DNA of 64,000 nt. Source: Octopus sinensis (lineage: Eukaryota). Both the position numbers and the translations under genes were made by a program. The notes under the pieces are model-generated. The model was not told where the DNA came from. It saw only the letters and a program-made list of their open reading frames with translations, and did no database searches. The DNA is taken from assembly GCF_006345805.1 (NCBI RefSeq), contig NC_042999.1:144150001-144214000 (forward strand), written 5' to 3'. This document shows positions 26,747-40,505 of this stretch, one piece after another. Positions within the stretch are counted from its first letter, which is position 1. The number at the start of each line of letters is the position of its first letter.

Positions 26747-27134
26747 TGATACATATAAATATTTATATATACATATACACATTTATATATATGCATCTAT
26801 ACATGTGTGTATATATACATATATATGTGTATATATATACATACATGCACACATACACATACATACAGGATGTATATTATATCATATATATATGAGTATG
26901 TGTATGTATATGTGTGTACATATGATATAATATATATATATAAAGCGATCTAAAAATACTTAATCTTTTTTTTTTACCTCTAAAATCTGATAATCGCCAG
27001 ACATGACCTATGAAAAGGCAATAAAAATTCCTTGGTTTCCTCGTTGATGTACGCTGTGCCTCGTTTAAGTAGACTTTTTCTAATACCTTCTGTTTATTAT
27101 ATATACATAGATATTTACAGATACATTTACACAC

Positions 27135-27165
<31 letters not shown>

Positions 27166-27325
27166 TGTATGCATGCATGCATGCATGCATGTATGTATGT
27201 ATGTATGTATGTATGTATGTATGTATATGCATAAATATATATGCCGACATACAGGCATCTATACATACATCCATATATACATATAAATAAATATGTGTGT
27301 ACGTATGCATATATAGGTATACATA

Positions 27326-27643
27326 GTGAGGGCGCGTGGCTTAGTGGTTAGGGCATTCGGCTCATGATCGTAAGGTTGTGAGTTCGATTCCCGGCGACGC
27401 GTTGTGTCCTTGAGCAAGACACTTTATTTCACGTTGCTCCAGTCCACTCAGCTGGCAAAAATGAGTTGTACTTGTATTTCAAAGGGTCAGCCTTGTCACT
27501 CTCTGTGTCACGCTGATTATCCCGAGAACTACGTTAAGGGTACACGTGTCTGTGGAATGCTCAGCCATTTGCACGTAATTTCCACGGCAAGCTGTTCCTT
27601 GATCGTATCAGCTGGGACCCTCGTCGTCGTAACCGGCGGAGTC
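27326..27643 (+). mobile_element. tRNA-derived SINE, family C (full length)
   Basis: A-box TGGCTTAGTGG, B-box GAGTTCGATTCC, core TCCTTGAGCAAGACACTTTATTTCACGTTGCTCCAG shared with family B but a different tail; other copies at 22680 and 46672. Confidence 0.85.
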
Positions 27644-27768
27644 TTTTTAAAGGTATACATATGCGTGTTTGTACGTATGTATGTATGCACACAAGCGTAT
27701 ATATATATATATATACATACATCATACATACATACATACATACATACATACATACATACATACATACA

Positions 27769-27804
<36 letters not shown>

Positions 27805-28299
27805 TATATATACAAACATACACATATACATACGTACACACATACATACATATATATTCATATGGCATTGAGATTACTATCTTTTATTACTCAGAGTTTG
27901 GCGAGCATCTAAACATGATATGATATTTATAGAAAAATAATACACGGGCGCAATCATTGAATGTAAGCAAAGTGTTGTGGTGAAAAGGGCGAACAAGAAA
28001 ATAATCTGGCCTTACCTCAGTTCATGAATTCGTATTCTAGATGTTAGCTGTTGGCAAAGAAAAGTGGAAAAAGAATGCGCTTATTCTTTCTTAGCTGAGA
28101 AAAGCCAAATAATTTAGGTTTCAATAGTCCACTGAATCCGAAATTCATCCCCTCTTGCCTATTAATCATCAAACACTGTCTCCTTTCCACCTGCTCAATA
28201 CACAAACAACCTCTCTCTCTCACTCTCTCTCACCCTCCCTTTCAGTCCTTAATGCCTCTTCTTGACAGTCCTCAATACACTCTCCTGATCTAAAGATGA

Positions 28300-29780
28300 C
28301 TTTTTACAACCGCAAACTAAAGAAATAAAACTTAATCACCAGAAAACATAGAATCAGCAATAGACTCCTTTCCACTTCATTCCTGTGTGCTGCTATTTGG
28401 AATCGAAAAGTCCTCTCTAAATCTCATAACTCTTACAACATTTAATACTCGTTCACCGAATTGAACGTCGCTCCTCCTACAACTTTCATAGCACCATGAT
28501 GCTAGTCACGTCATCTTCACTTCCGTCGCCCACTTTTATCGTTCCTTGATGTCCCTTCTTATTCCGAAGTGTTCTCTGAAGTACTGATTCTTCCTCTTGG
28601 CCTAACTTTCAAGGTGTGATATGCCAGAACACTACCTGGATTGGGTAGAGATGCTTCGGTGGTGGCCTTGATGTTTCTCTCTATGATTCCATTTTTCTCG
28701 ATATGTGTACAGCTCTAAAAATGCGTTTGATATCCCATCAGAAAAAAAAACACTCACAGTTAAATTCAGCGATTTTGAACGAAATGCAATACTATTGGAT
28801 ATGAATCCATCTGGCTCAAAGACTGTTTTGCTCAGATCCTTCGAAATTTCAGCCACAGCCTCCATCATGTCTTCTCCAAATCCATTTGGTACATATTGTG
28901 AATTCTCTTCAGCCACACTTCGGTCACTTCCCTCCCTTAATTCTAGGGCACACCCACTCAGGTTTTCCTCAATCAAAGCATTCACTTTATTCTTCTCTGA
29001 GGCAGAAAAAAAACATTCCCAGTTAAATTAAGTGAACTCACCGGGCATTCTCCATAGTAACATCTACTCACCCTATCTCACTCGTTCTTAACGCTACACT
29101 AGCACTTTCAACGATGTAGTTGATCACAATCACCTTGACCTTCAGTCGTTTTCCACGTATAGTCAACTCTTCAATGCTGGTGCTGCTTCGATTAACATTC
29201 TGTTCTTTTTTTCCATCGATTGCCTCCTGCTCCAGCTATACACCAAACTTAACAACGTTAAAATGGTCGTTTAGCTCGTGTCAACGAAGGTTCTCGCTTC
29301 CTTCCCACTCGAGAAGTTCTACTATTGGCAATAAACTTTAAAATGCGTCTATTATGTTAACATCCCAGTTCTAGTCACTAAATCTTACATAGCAACAGTT
29401 TCAATATTAGCAACTGCTGTCACAAACCCTAATTTAAGTAATTTTCCTAACCCTTCTCTGGTGAATCCGTCCATCCTTCCCAACCTTCTAAACCCATTAG
29501 CAAACATATCCACCTCTTTTCCATCCATTCTATTTCCCCTGCGACTAGTTGATCTTCCTCATTCATCTCTAAAAGCAAGTCAGCACATCTCTTTTGAATA
29601 CTACAGCATAAAACACGATACATCTTGTATTCTTTGCTGTTTTTTCCCCCAATCTCGCTTTCTTCGGCTATGTGACCAGAACTCTGCTTTATCGTTTCAC
29701 TACCGATCCTAATAATGCCCGATTTATTACATCTATAATTCAGCAATACGGCTGGTCGAAGTACAACAAAATAATTTTAC
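28300..29780 (-). mobile_element. Possible highly eroded LTR retrotransposon (BEL/Pao-like) pol fragments
   Basis: Non-microsatellite stretch with weak motif echoes (FIANSR..EL, F..DGFISNSIAFRS, TIKVGD..EDD); no intact motif or LTR seen. Confidence 0.3.
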
Positions 29781-29974
29781 CTTATCTCGACGTACGACTC
29801 TGCACAAGGAGGCGTCAGAGCACAGACAAAGAATAAAGAAAGCATCTGTTATTAACTCAAATAAGCAGAGACTAATATTCAACAGCCACTAGAAATGAAA
29901 TTATCTGCTCTTGCTTATCACTCACCAATCATGCTGTCTCTTCTTCTTGCTCAGCGCACAAACACCATCACTGT

Positions 29975-30056
<82 letters not shown>

Positions 30057-30806
30057 CTCTGATGTCCCTTATATTTTCAGGTTGTGTGTAACGAAATTTC
30101 TGTCAGTCGATTGTAAATGGTGGGAAGTGTGATGAACATAATGGTAAGAGGATAAGTTAGAAAGAAGGTGGGTGGTAGATGTATTTCCAGATATATGGAG
30201 TATATATGGAGTAAGTGTGTGTATGATGAGGAGTAGGGGAATATAATAATTAATAATCTCTTATACGTTGAATGAAGTCGTCAGGGTTGTTGAGATTCCA
30301 GTCGATGTTCCTCGGCATGAAGTAAGGGTGAAGAATGTAGGATGTTGTGAAAACTTATTTCTCATTAACCATCGATATCATTTTATTATTTCATTATTTT
30401 AACACATATAAGCTTGATGTCCTATTACCCTACATTAGCAATCACACCAACACGAGATGAATCGGAAAGCTATATTCTGTAATAGTATTTTATTGGGCGA
30501 CAAATATTTTATTGGTTAACAAGAACAGCGAATTGAAGATTAAAGCACTGAATAAACACCTCGACTTGATAAAATCTAGGGCAATAACCAATTTTGCTTT
30601 CAGATGACCGAATTAAATATATTATATTCCCACCAATACTGAATACTCTTTTTCCGCTCGTTATTATTTGTGCACCAATACGTCCTGCGAATCCCAGTCG
30701 GTTGATCATCGTATACTAGCTGGAAACAATATGTTGAAATATGGAAATTCACTCAACGAAATGCGTAGACATCCTAACAAGAAAATTTGACGAAATTCTA
30801 GTTTAA

Positions 30807-31298
30807 GCACCCCATATAAACTCTCACAACTTTTTTTAATTTTTTGGCATTTTCAAAAATTGTGCGAATTTGTGTTATACACACAGGAATTCATGCGATT
30901 ATGGAAAAACAACTACCCATAAATCCTAAAAATTTCAATCTTTTTCGAATTTTTTTTGTTTTAATCAGTTTAGAATCTGTACAGTCCGAAGTTTTTGCTT
31001 AAATCCTAGCAATAGACCACTCTGATAGCATCATATTCCATTAAAGATATTTATGAGGAAATAAAAACTGAAAATCGTCAATACGTGTAAAAGTGACAAA
31101 GAAACGAGGAAGGTGTCAGGTGGTCGTGAGATGAGCTAAAAATAAAAGCGAAATCGCTCTTAAATTAAACACAATTTTTGTTATTGTTTTTGTTTTGTAT
31201 AATTGTATGTATTCCGGTGTGTAGAACATAAATTCGCAGGAAAATTCTGAAAATTCCAAAAAATAAAAAAAAAGGCATGGGTGAGTATATGGGGTACT
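30807..31298. mobile_element. MITE with ~110-bp imperfect TIRs
   Basis: GCACCCCATATA..TTTTTTGGCATTTTCA..GCGAATTTGTGTTATACACACAGGAAT mirrored by ATTCCGGTGTGTAGAACATAAATTCGC..TGAAAATTCCAAAAAA..TATATGGGGTAC. Confidence 0.7.
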
Positions 31299-32556
31299 AG
31301 AATTCCGCCAAACATTTTAATCAAGAGAAAACTGAGTGTGCTAAGAAGATTAAAATGGAAGGGCGTCATTCGTCATAAGTTGGTTCTACGTAGTCAGACG
31401 ATCAGTAGTTTTATTTGAAGATTTTTAACATCCTGTGTTAGAAGTATTGCGTAGATACTGTACTATTACAAATCACTTGACTACATATTACTCCTTATCC
31501 ACGATATTTTGGTAGAGTAAGGTACATCTCTCATTCCCCAACCGCATTAGCTTTTCTTTTTTCTTTCCTCCCAAAATTGAAATCCACCGCATCCTATTTC
31601 AGATAATAGAAGAGATCGGAGAAAATTCACTAAGAGAACTGCACGTTTCTCCCGAAAACGCGTTCCAAAACTACAAAAACGTTGTGAGTGGTATATCAAC
31701 ATTGCGGGGGGGGGGGTTTAAACGGGGTAAGTTTAATTAAATTGTATGAAGCATAGTTTTGGGACAAGGCTCATATGGAATAGACAGGCTGAGATCCTCT
31801 GTCTGGTGGCTTTAGCGAAAGAGTTTATGTGATGGTGGTGCTGGTAGTGCTGGTGGTGCTGGTGGTGCTGGTGCTGGTGCTGGTAGTGGTGGTGGTGCTG
31901 GTGGTGCTGGTGCTGGTAGTGGTGGTGGTATTCAAAAGACTGAGGGCATCTTGCATATTTTCATAGCTCTTGCATAGCTCTTGAAACAAAATTATATACA
32001 GGGTATATAAGATATTTGAGGACAGATTTATATTAATAAAAAAAAACAGATATATAATAACAGATAATAACCTTATTTATCAAAATACGCTATGAAGATA
32101 AAAATAAAGCTTATTTTCTATAATTTTATTCAATAAAGCCATCTTCAGCTTCAACTGATTTAAATCATCTACATACTCGAATCAAGCGGTGCTGGTTCAT
32201 TACTCTGGCTATGGCAGCTTTCAAAGAATCTTTGGTGTTATGGGCATGTTCATTGATCTCTCTCTCAACGACGCTCCACATGTCCAATGGATTGAGATCT
32301 GGGGAATTAAGAGGCCAAATGTTATGGGTTATGTGATCATGAAAATTTTCAGCCATCCATTCCTGTGCTACTAGAGCCATGTGTGATAGTGCAGAATATT
32401 ACTAAAACATACATGGCCTTCCATTACATGCACTGTGTATCCAGGTCTTAACAACTATTTCCAGGACCTCAATGTAGGCGGCAGAGTTAACTCTAAGGCC
32501 TTGTGGAAAGAAGTAAGGAGGCAGCACATGTTCTTCCTTGCTGACAACCCCTAAAA

Positions 32557-35483
32557 CAGGGGTGGGCGAACTTTTTTGATCGCGGGCCGCACAGTGCGTC
32601 TTTGGAATCTTGGCGGGCCTCATTTATAAAAATCAAGTGAAAATATTTTTAAAGGCGGTTATAGACCTATAAACACACAATTGATTGAAAGGAAATTTTG
32701 TGAAATATTCCTGGTTTAAGTGATTTAATTTATTTTTTAGAGTATCGGGTTCATGTTTTTCGGTTATTTGCTCCTATAGTTGAAATTATTACAGGAACCT
32801 CGGTTATTTTGGACAACCTGTTATTGCTTACAAATTGCCAGGAACGGAATTTTCCTAGTAAAATCTGCACTAATTGTGGACAACTACCTCTTAATATTAT
32901 GGACAACCATGATGAATATTATACTTAAATTCTAGGATACCCAAAATAAAAGATTTTAAAGAGAAATAACAGTATATTAATATGAATTGATATCTGAAAT
33001 TAGAAACGTCACCTGAAGCATTTATTTGAAAAACAAAGCGGCTCTGTAAATAACAATGTCAATGAGAATGATGCAGCTGACTACTGTCATTTACCAGTTT
33101 GTCAAAATTAGGTGTCAAGTTGCTTGTGCTGATTCTTAACACTGACTGAAGATTTGAGTCTGTGAGAAGTGATCGATTCTTCCCCTTGTTAATTTTCATG
33201 ATGGAGAAAGTCTGCTCACATATGTAAGTTGATGCAAACAACACAAACATCTTTCTTGCAAATTTTTTTAGATTTTGAAACTTTTTTGAATGTAGAGAAG
33301 CATAAAACTCGATCAGTGGTTTACTTTCAAACATCATCTTTAAAGAATTGTCGGCTTGCAAATGAATCAGTTCTATCTGCAGTTCCTCGGTAGTTGTTTC
33401 AATGTCACAGGCAAGAGGTGAGTTAAGCAAATCGAACAGGCCTTCAACTGCCTTGAAATCAGCAAATCTTCTAATGAATTCCTTTTGTAAAGCCATCAAC
33501 TGGGAACTGTACTTGTCCGATGATTCTTGTGTAACAGACTGTGCTTTCAGCAGAGGGAAGTGAATAAATTTTTGCTCATTCAGCTGCTCGGCAAAAAGTC
33601 CAAGCTTCCATTGAAAAGCTTTCACTTCCAGGTACAATTCATGAGCAAATATACCTTTGCCTTGCAGTTTTGTGTTAAGTTCACTCAGCTTCTGCATTAT
33701 GTCCACAGCAAATGCAAAATCACAAACCCATTCGTCACTCCTCATTTCGTTTAAAAAGTCACAGGAGATGTCTTGCATTTTGAGAAACATAAGAATCTCT
33801 GCTTTGAGGTCCCATACTCTCTTAAGAACTTTTCCAATGCTTAACAAGCGGACATTTGTGTAGTACAGCACATCAGTAAAATCAGCCTCCACATCCTCCA
33901 AGAAACTTCGGAATTGCCTGTGTTTCAATCTCCGTGATCTTATTAAATTCACTGCACGCACCACAGGTTCGATGACATGTTTGAGTTTTAAAGATGACTT
34001 ACAAAGGCTTTCTTGATGTATGATGCAGTGAAAAAACAACACACTGTGTAGTGGAAAATCTTCTTTGATTTTGTCATTCAACAACTTCACAAGGCCGGAA
34101 TGTTTACTGGTGAGTGAAGGAGCTCCATCGGTTGTAATGCTGGCCAGTTTATTTAAGGTTAATCCAGACCTGATTGAACTGTTAATGACACTGTTGAACA
34201 AATCTTTTCCAGTAGTAGTGTCTTTGAGAGACTCCATAGATAACAATTCCTCTGTAATTTCAAAGTTTTCGTCAATTCCTCTGATGTAGATGAGTAACTG
34301 AGCAGTATCCTGAATATCAGTACTCTCATCTAAAGCAATAGAAAACCACTGAAATCGACCACTGGCTGTTAACAGCTGTTCATGAATATTCACGGCAATT
34401 GCATCAATGCGACGAACAATAGTTCTTCGTGACAGGGAAATGGCTTCTACTTTTGACTTAACTTCAGGACACACAACGCTGACAGCATCAACCATACAAT
34501 CTTTGATAAATTCTGCTTCTGCGCATGACTTGTTTTGCTTTGCAATTTTGTTGGCCAATATAAAACTTGCCTTTGTCGCGTTCCTTTGTAAAGAGGAAGT
34601 TTTATCAAACACATTTTGCTGTTGCTTCAAACGTTTAGTCAGATCATTTGCTTTCTTTTGCAGTTCTTGTTTTGATAAATTGTGTCCAAAATTGGCGTGC
34701 TTCGTTTGAAAGTGGCGTTTCAAATTAATATTCCTTGAACACAGCAACTGTTTCAGAACAAATCAAACATTCAGCTTTCACTCCAACGTCGGTAAAGAAA
34801 TACTTTTCAGTCCGATTTTCATTAAAAACACGACATTCCTCTTCAATTTTTCGCTTTTTAGATAGCTTCGAACAACTCATTTTGGGTAAATTTTATCAGA
34901 CAACAAAAGCTAGTTTGAAACACTCGTGTCTGTACTAAATTCAAATAATCGATAGAGTGAATGATAACCAACCACAGCTCTGTGTCCAGAAAAAGCTGGT
35001 TCAAGCCTTTTTATTAACCTGGCCGGCTTCTTCATTGGAACGAAAGGCATCGTCCATCATGCCCTCTTCACCATCTATCACGTGATTTATTTATTTGAAT
35101 GTTTCAAGCATATCGATTGGCTCGTTGTATTGCCACAATACTTGTTTCATTGTTCTATTAATTTTTGTTTTTGTAGGGTCTTACGAGAAAACACAGAAAA
35201 GATATCTTCACCCGGAAATGTGTTTTATTATGATGTCATGGGAATATTTCTCGAAATTTTTCATCGCTTCACGGTAGCTGAAAAGAGACAAACAGCGGAC
35301 AATTTTGTGAAGGCGCGAAACAGTGAACTGAAATAAAATGCAAACTATTGTGAATTACCGTACAACTGAAACAGTTACGAAGTATCTGCATAGAAGTTGG
35401 GATTCATAAAAGCTCTCGGCGGGCCGCATGAAAACCTATGGCGAGCCGCATGCGGCCCGCGGGCCGTAGGTTGCCCACCCCTG
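32557..35483 (-). mobile_element. Full-length hAT transposon (SPIN/Charlie/Buster-type), 2927 bp
   Basis: TIRs CAGGGGTGGGCGAACT / CAGGGGTGGGCAACCT, exact 8-bp TSD CCCTAAAA (32549-32556 / 35484-35491), subterminal GCGGGCCGC motifs, transposase inside. Confidence 0.95.
33059..34880 (-). pseudogene. hAT transposase (GTF2IRD2/SPIN-like, ~606 aa) with a single +1 frameshift
   Basis: ATG at 34880: MSCSKLSKKRKIEEECRVF..CLICSETVAVFKEY, then one extra base near 34727, then NLKRHF..SIALDEST..ITTDGAP..HCIIHQE..STYICEQTFS. The DDE triad is intact; the conserved RW motif reads RL. Confidence 0.9.
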
Positions 35484-36158
35484 CCCTAAAACCATGGCAG
35501 TTGCAGGAAATTTTGTTTGCATACCACCTGGAACTTCAGAAGGGTCTGCACATAACCATCTGTTATTTCTTCTGTTAACTTTTTTCTCGTTTGAGAAAAA
35601 CCAAATCAAATCTTCTGCTGGATTTTTCAGTTTGTTTAAGAACCTTTTAGATCTGATGTAGTGATTTGCTTTTGCTTTTTCTGAAAAACTGACATTTCCT
35701 CATCATATAAGATTTATATCATGTCTTCGAGGACAACATTTCTGACTGTTCCTTCTGATATATGGAGATCTTTAGCAATTAACCTCATGGACTTTCTGGG
35801 ATTGTAATCAAGGGTCTGTTGAACTTGCTAGATAAATTCAGGTGTTCTGATAATTTCAGAGCGTTTAGAATGCTTTTTATGCTTTGATACTGGTGATACG
35901 CTTCCATATTCAGTCTCTAGCTCCTTACAAACCTTGTAGACGAAAGATCTGGCAATTTATAAAAATCGAGATATTTCTAAATCGCTATGCTCAGCTTTTA
36001 TAACCACAATAACAGCATGCCTCTTCCTTTCTTGAGTAAGCTGAGGGTCTGCCATTATTATTTTCTGAAACAAAGATTATATAGAGTTAGCAAAAAACGC
36101 AGCAATGACCCAAAGAAGGTATATCTTCAAATACCTTACGCACCGTGTATATATCCAC

Positions 36159-36206
<48 letters not shown>

Positions 36207-36769
36207 GAGAGTGAGTAAGGCAGAGATGTATGTAATTATTAAAATGAAGCCCGGATCAATGGGGTCGATATAATAGAACTAAACAACCTCCTCTAAAAAA
36301 AATTGCTGGGTGTGTACCAATATCATAAAAACCACACTTATAGTGTTATCATATGGATGGATGTGTGTGTGTGCCTGCGTGTGTGTTATACTGAGATAAG
36401 CGTATCCTCGTAATATATTTATCTTAGAGATATTTCATAATTTTGTATGAGTACATCATAGTTTGTTTTAAACCAGTAAACTTCTTAAATCCGTCATCGA
36501 CTTTTTGGACATTCATACTTTCATCTTCTAGTCGAAGTGTTGTTAGCGTATATTACAACTTCTTTGTATTAGGCAGAACCAATTTATGTGGTGTAGATAT
36601 TGCAGCCGGGACTTGAATTTTGACCGTCAGAGTCATGAGTCATGGGCTGGGACTCCAAGTTTCATATAGCTTAGAGCTCACCAAGTCTAAATCGGGCACA
36701 GGCGAGAAACCTTAAGGGAACTTAAACGTCCAGTGTGAAATTTTCAATGAATAGTATAGCTAAACTTAT

Positions 36770-36955
36770 TCGGTCGCTCACGTTACTAGAAGTAACAATC
36801 AAATCTCTCTCAAATCTCACTCTACTATCTTAGAGAGAGATACACTGAACAATGTAGTCATTGATATAAAAAGAAAAAAACGGATTAATCACGACTAGAA
36901 CGCCGTTGTTCATAGATTTCTTCGATGACAATTGACCTGGGGCCAAACAATAACG
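36770..36955 (+). mobile_element. Old dispersed retro-repeat tail (many diverged copies)
   Basis: CTAGAA.TA.CA..CAAATCTCTCTCAAATC..GATCATAG..TGACCTGGGG..AAACAA; diverged relatives near 1700-1860, 9445-9615 and 41560-41730 (+), and 1140-1230, 10260-10420, 10695-10890 and 42150-42320 (-). Confidence 0.55.
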
Positions 36956-37839
36956 ACTTAAGGCATAGATTTAGAACTTTAAGCAGATAGTATATAGGAG
37001 GAAACACTTATGTATGAATGTAAGCATGCTTTAAAGTATGAAAAAAAAAGCATTTGTGCACATTTTCTAGATTGTATTCTTTTTCTTACTGCTTTATTTA
37101 ATATCATTCTGTGAATGTTGCGCTGGTTAGAATTGCAAAGACTAAGAAAATACCTAGCATGTCTGGCAAGGCAAAAAATGGGGAAAACCAAAAAGAAGGA
37201 AAAAAAGAAAGAAATGAGAGACAGAGACAGGGAGAAAGTGGTGGAGAAAGAGTGAAACAAAGAGAAACATAGGAGAGATGGTGGGAAGATAAAAGAATTT
37301 ATAGCAATTGTGCGGTGATTACGAATTTCACATTTGAGCATCATCGCCTCTCGTATTACTTTCACGCTGGTGTTGATATATTACCGATGTGGGTGTGATG
37401 AGAGTGATGATGATAGTTATGATAATGATGAGGAGGGTGGGGTGGGGGGAAGGAGGCCGACGACGACGACGACGACGATGATGATGATGATGATGATGGC
37501 GACGACGACGACGACAACAAAAATAAAAATGATGAGGTTGGAAAAAAATCCCGTCGTATTCAAGATAGGAAAGCGACACATGCTTCTGTATATATTTAAT
37601 CACGATAATAGTTCCCCTTGTTATTGATAGCACAATCCCATCTAAAAGGTAAATTGTTGACCCCCTCGGACGTAAAATTCTTCACGTTTCAAAACAAAGA
37701 AACACTCAATAACATTTTTAACCTCTTTACAATTACAATTAATAGTTTTCCTTTTAAATAGTATTGCAATGATCTGAAAAGATGACACCTAATTGGAGTA
37801 AGGTCGAAAGGGTAGGGAGAATGTGGTAAACGTTCCATA

Positions 37840-38722
37840 TTTAGTACCATAATCTTGTCTTGAGTGACTTGGACAATTGGTTGCCTTGCTTTATCGTAGA
37901 TGAACGACCCCCTTTATGACTGATCAATGATGGGCACTTTTTCTGCAAATCTTTTAGCAATACTCCCACTTGACAAACAATACCGCTCATCGTTAACTGT
38001 TTTGTTTCAATGGTTGACGACGTCCTTCATATCCACCAAACACAGAACGTAACTTTCCTAACAGATTCTCCTTTTCTACTGGACTCTCCTATTTCATTGG
38101 GTGCTAACCATTGGCGTTTTCATTTGGTATGATTATAGAGAACCCACATTTCCTCATTTGTGATGATTCTGTTCAAGAAAGGTTCGGTAGCAAGTGTATT
38201 CATCATTGATTAAACTGAGAAGCAGTCAAATGATGAATTAAGACACTTTTCATAGTTTGTGAAGTTATTTTATGATCATAGTGAGACTTTAATTGAACTG
38301 TTATGCATATTCTTTTGCAGTTTCCTCAAGAGTTTCCTCAACTACGGTTTTCAGAAGTTCAGTAATGACAGAACATGACCGTCCAAAACGAGGGAAATCT
38401 GCGAGAGATAGAATCTCCCAAGTGAAACTGACCAAACCATTGTTGGCATATCTGGACACTTAAAACATCATTTCCATAATCAGAGCGAATATATGTTACT
38501 GCTTCAACTGCAAAAGAGCACCTTTTGTATTCATACAGAATGCAGTGTCTCATATGACTCTAATCTAAACTCATTTTAATGGAGTAAAATTGATACAAAT
38601 TTAACCACAATGATATAAAGTAATCTGTAAAAAAAAGGAAAAGAACTTATTTGACCGTAAGTATTGAAAATGTATCCTCAATGTGATCGCGTCAAAACTG
38701 CGACGGAACTTTCTTTCCAACC
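37840..38722 (-). mobile_element. Degraded mariner (Mos1-like) element
   Basis: HMRHCILYEY..YGNDVLSVQICQQWFGQF (mariner HTH), RIITNEEMWVLYNH and FIYDKARQP (decayed catalytic motifs). Confidence 0.7.
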
Positions 38723-38943
38723 AAACACACACATACACACATGCAAACGTACACAAATATATATGTCTAAATATACGTATGTATACACGAATGCATGTAT
38801 GTGTGTATATGAATGTATATATGTATGCATTTATGTATGATGTATGTACGTACGTACAGACAAATAGACAGGTAGATACATACATACATACATACATACA
38901 TACATACATACATACATACATACATACATACATACATACATGC

Positions 38944-39023
<80 letters not shown>

Positions 39024-39177
39024 ATTTTAGGGATTGTTTTTGATAAAAACAATTTTACATTAAACTGAAGGATCACTCAGTACCTTTTGTAGCGTGCATA
39101 TTTACTGTTGACTGTGACTTTCAAGTTTCGGCTTGCTTAACCTTCATCAGACTATGGTACATTTGGGTTCCTTTTGG

Positions 39178-39341
39178 CGAAGAAGAAGAAGAAGAAGAAG
39201 AAGAAGAAAGAAGAAGAAGAAGAAGAAGAAGAAGAAGAAGAAGAAGAAGAAGAAGAAGAAGAAGAAGAAGAAGAAGAAGAAAAGAAGAAGAGAGAAGAAG
39301 AAGAAGAAGAAGAAGAAGAAGAAGAAGAAGAAGAAGAAGAA
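39178..39341. repeat. (GAA)n microsatellite
   Basis: Directly visible. Confidence 0.95.
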
Positions 39342-39754
39342 GGCAATACTTAGTCATGCATAAAAAAATTTTATATGGATAATCTAAAGAGCACTGTAGC
39401 ACCTCAGACAAGTCTCAAGTCTTCTGCTATGGCCTTACAAAATGCACAAAAAATACTTTTCACCCCTGCATTTAAAGCATCTCTACACTCCTGTTTGTTC
39501 ACTGTCAGGTGATTCCTTTTCGCCGAATATACTATCCCTGAATCATTATCCTCTTCACTACTGTGCTTGCTGTCAGTTACTTGTATCTTTAACCGACTGA
39601 CTTGCAGATTTTAATTTCTTTTGCCTGTGTACTTGTTTAGTTATAATGTTCCCAATAACTCTTTTTATCGTGTTCCATGTAGTCCCCATGCAGTATTTAC
39701 ATATGTAGTATACGTAACACAAATTGGAACAAGTAAATTGTTTTCTTCAATATC

Positions 39755-40222
39755 ATAGGCGCAGGCATAGCTGTGTAGTAAGCAGCTTTCTTCCCAACCA
39801 CTTAGTTCCGAGTACAGTCCCACTACGTGACTCTTTCGGCAAGTGCCTTCTACTATAGCTGTGGGCCTTGAGGGTAGATTTGCTAGACGGAAACTGAAAG
39901 AAACCCGTCGTATATATGAGTGCGTGCGTGCGTGCGTGTGTGAGTGTGTGTGTGTGTGTACGCTCGTTTATGTATATATATATGTGTGTGTTCGTGTGCG
40001 TGTGTGTGTGTATGTGTATTTGTGTCTGTGTCCTTCACCACCGCTTGATAACCGGTATTGGTTTGTTTACACCCCCGTAACCAAGCGGCTCGGTAAAAGA
40101 GAATGGTAGAATAAGTACCAGGCTTATAAAATAACTACTAAGGTCGATTTATTCGACTAAAGCCTTCAAGCGGTGTTCCAGTATGGCCATAGTCCAATGA
40201 GCAGAACATGTAAAAGATAAAA
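39755..40222 (+). mobile_element. tRNA-derived SINE, family D, with a central (TA/TG)n tract
   Basis: Head TAGGCGCAGG..GCTGTGT.GTAAG..CCAACCAC, GACGGAAACTGAAAGAA.CCCGTCG(TA/TG)n, tail ..TAGAATAAGTAC..GGTG.TCCAG.ATGGCC.AGTC.AATGA; copies at 42525-42981 and 49642-50036. Confidence 0.85.
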
Positions 40223-40505
40223 ACTGAAAGATTCCGATTATTTTGTGTTTAAAAATTCTCATGGAAGAAAACATTTGTGTATGCTTGAAAACTTTTGGAA
40301 CCGACTTGATATCAAAATTGTTGAAAGGTACAATCCTCGTCGGATTCTTTGTTTCTGTTGAATAGGAGATGTTTCATCCTAACTAACTCCATTTTTCTCA
40401 ATCTTATTGAGTTGGGTTTAAAACCAAAACAATAATTACAAAAAGTCTAAATATGATTATTATATATATATATATATATATATTGGTTTGTTTACACCCC
40501 CGTAA

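Larger units (their letters stand above)
31999..36147 (-). mobile_element. Degraded Tc1/mariner (maT/DD37D-like) element split by a hAT insertion
   Basis: TA-flanked imperfect TIRs (CAGGGTATATAAGATATTTGA / CACGGTGCGTAAGGTATTTGA). Transposase relic MADPQLTQERKRHAVIV..WFFSNEK..MVLGVVS..WPLNSPDLNPLD; ~1.2 kb after removing the hAT. Confidence 0.85.

Noticed and set aside
27326-27400. tRNA gene
   Set aside because: It is the head of a SINE, continuous with the SINE core, and gives no complete cloverleaf.
31380-31730. Mariner C-terminal relic
   Set aside because: Too decayed to delimit confidently.
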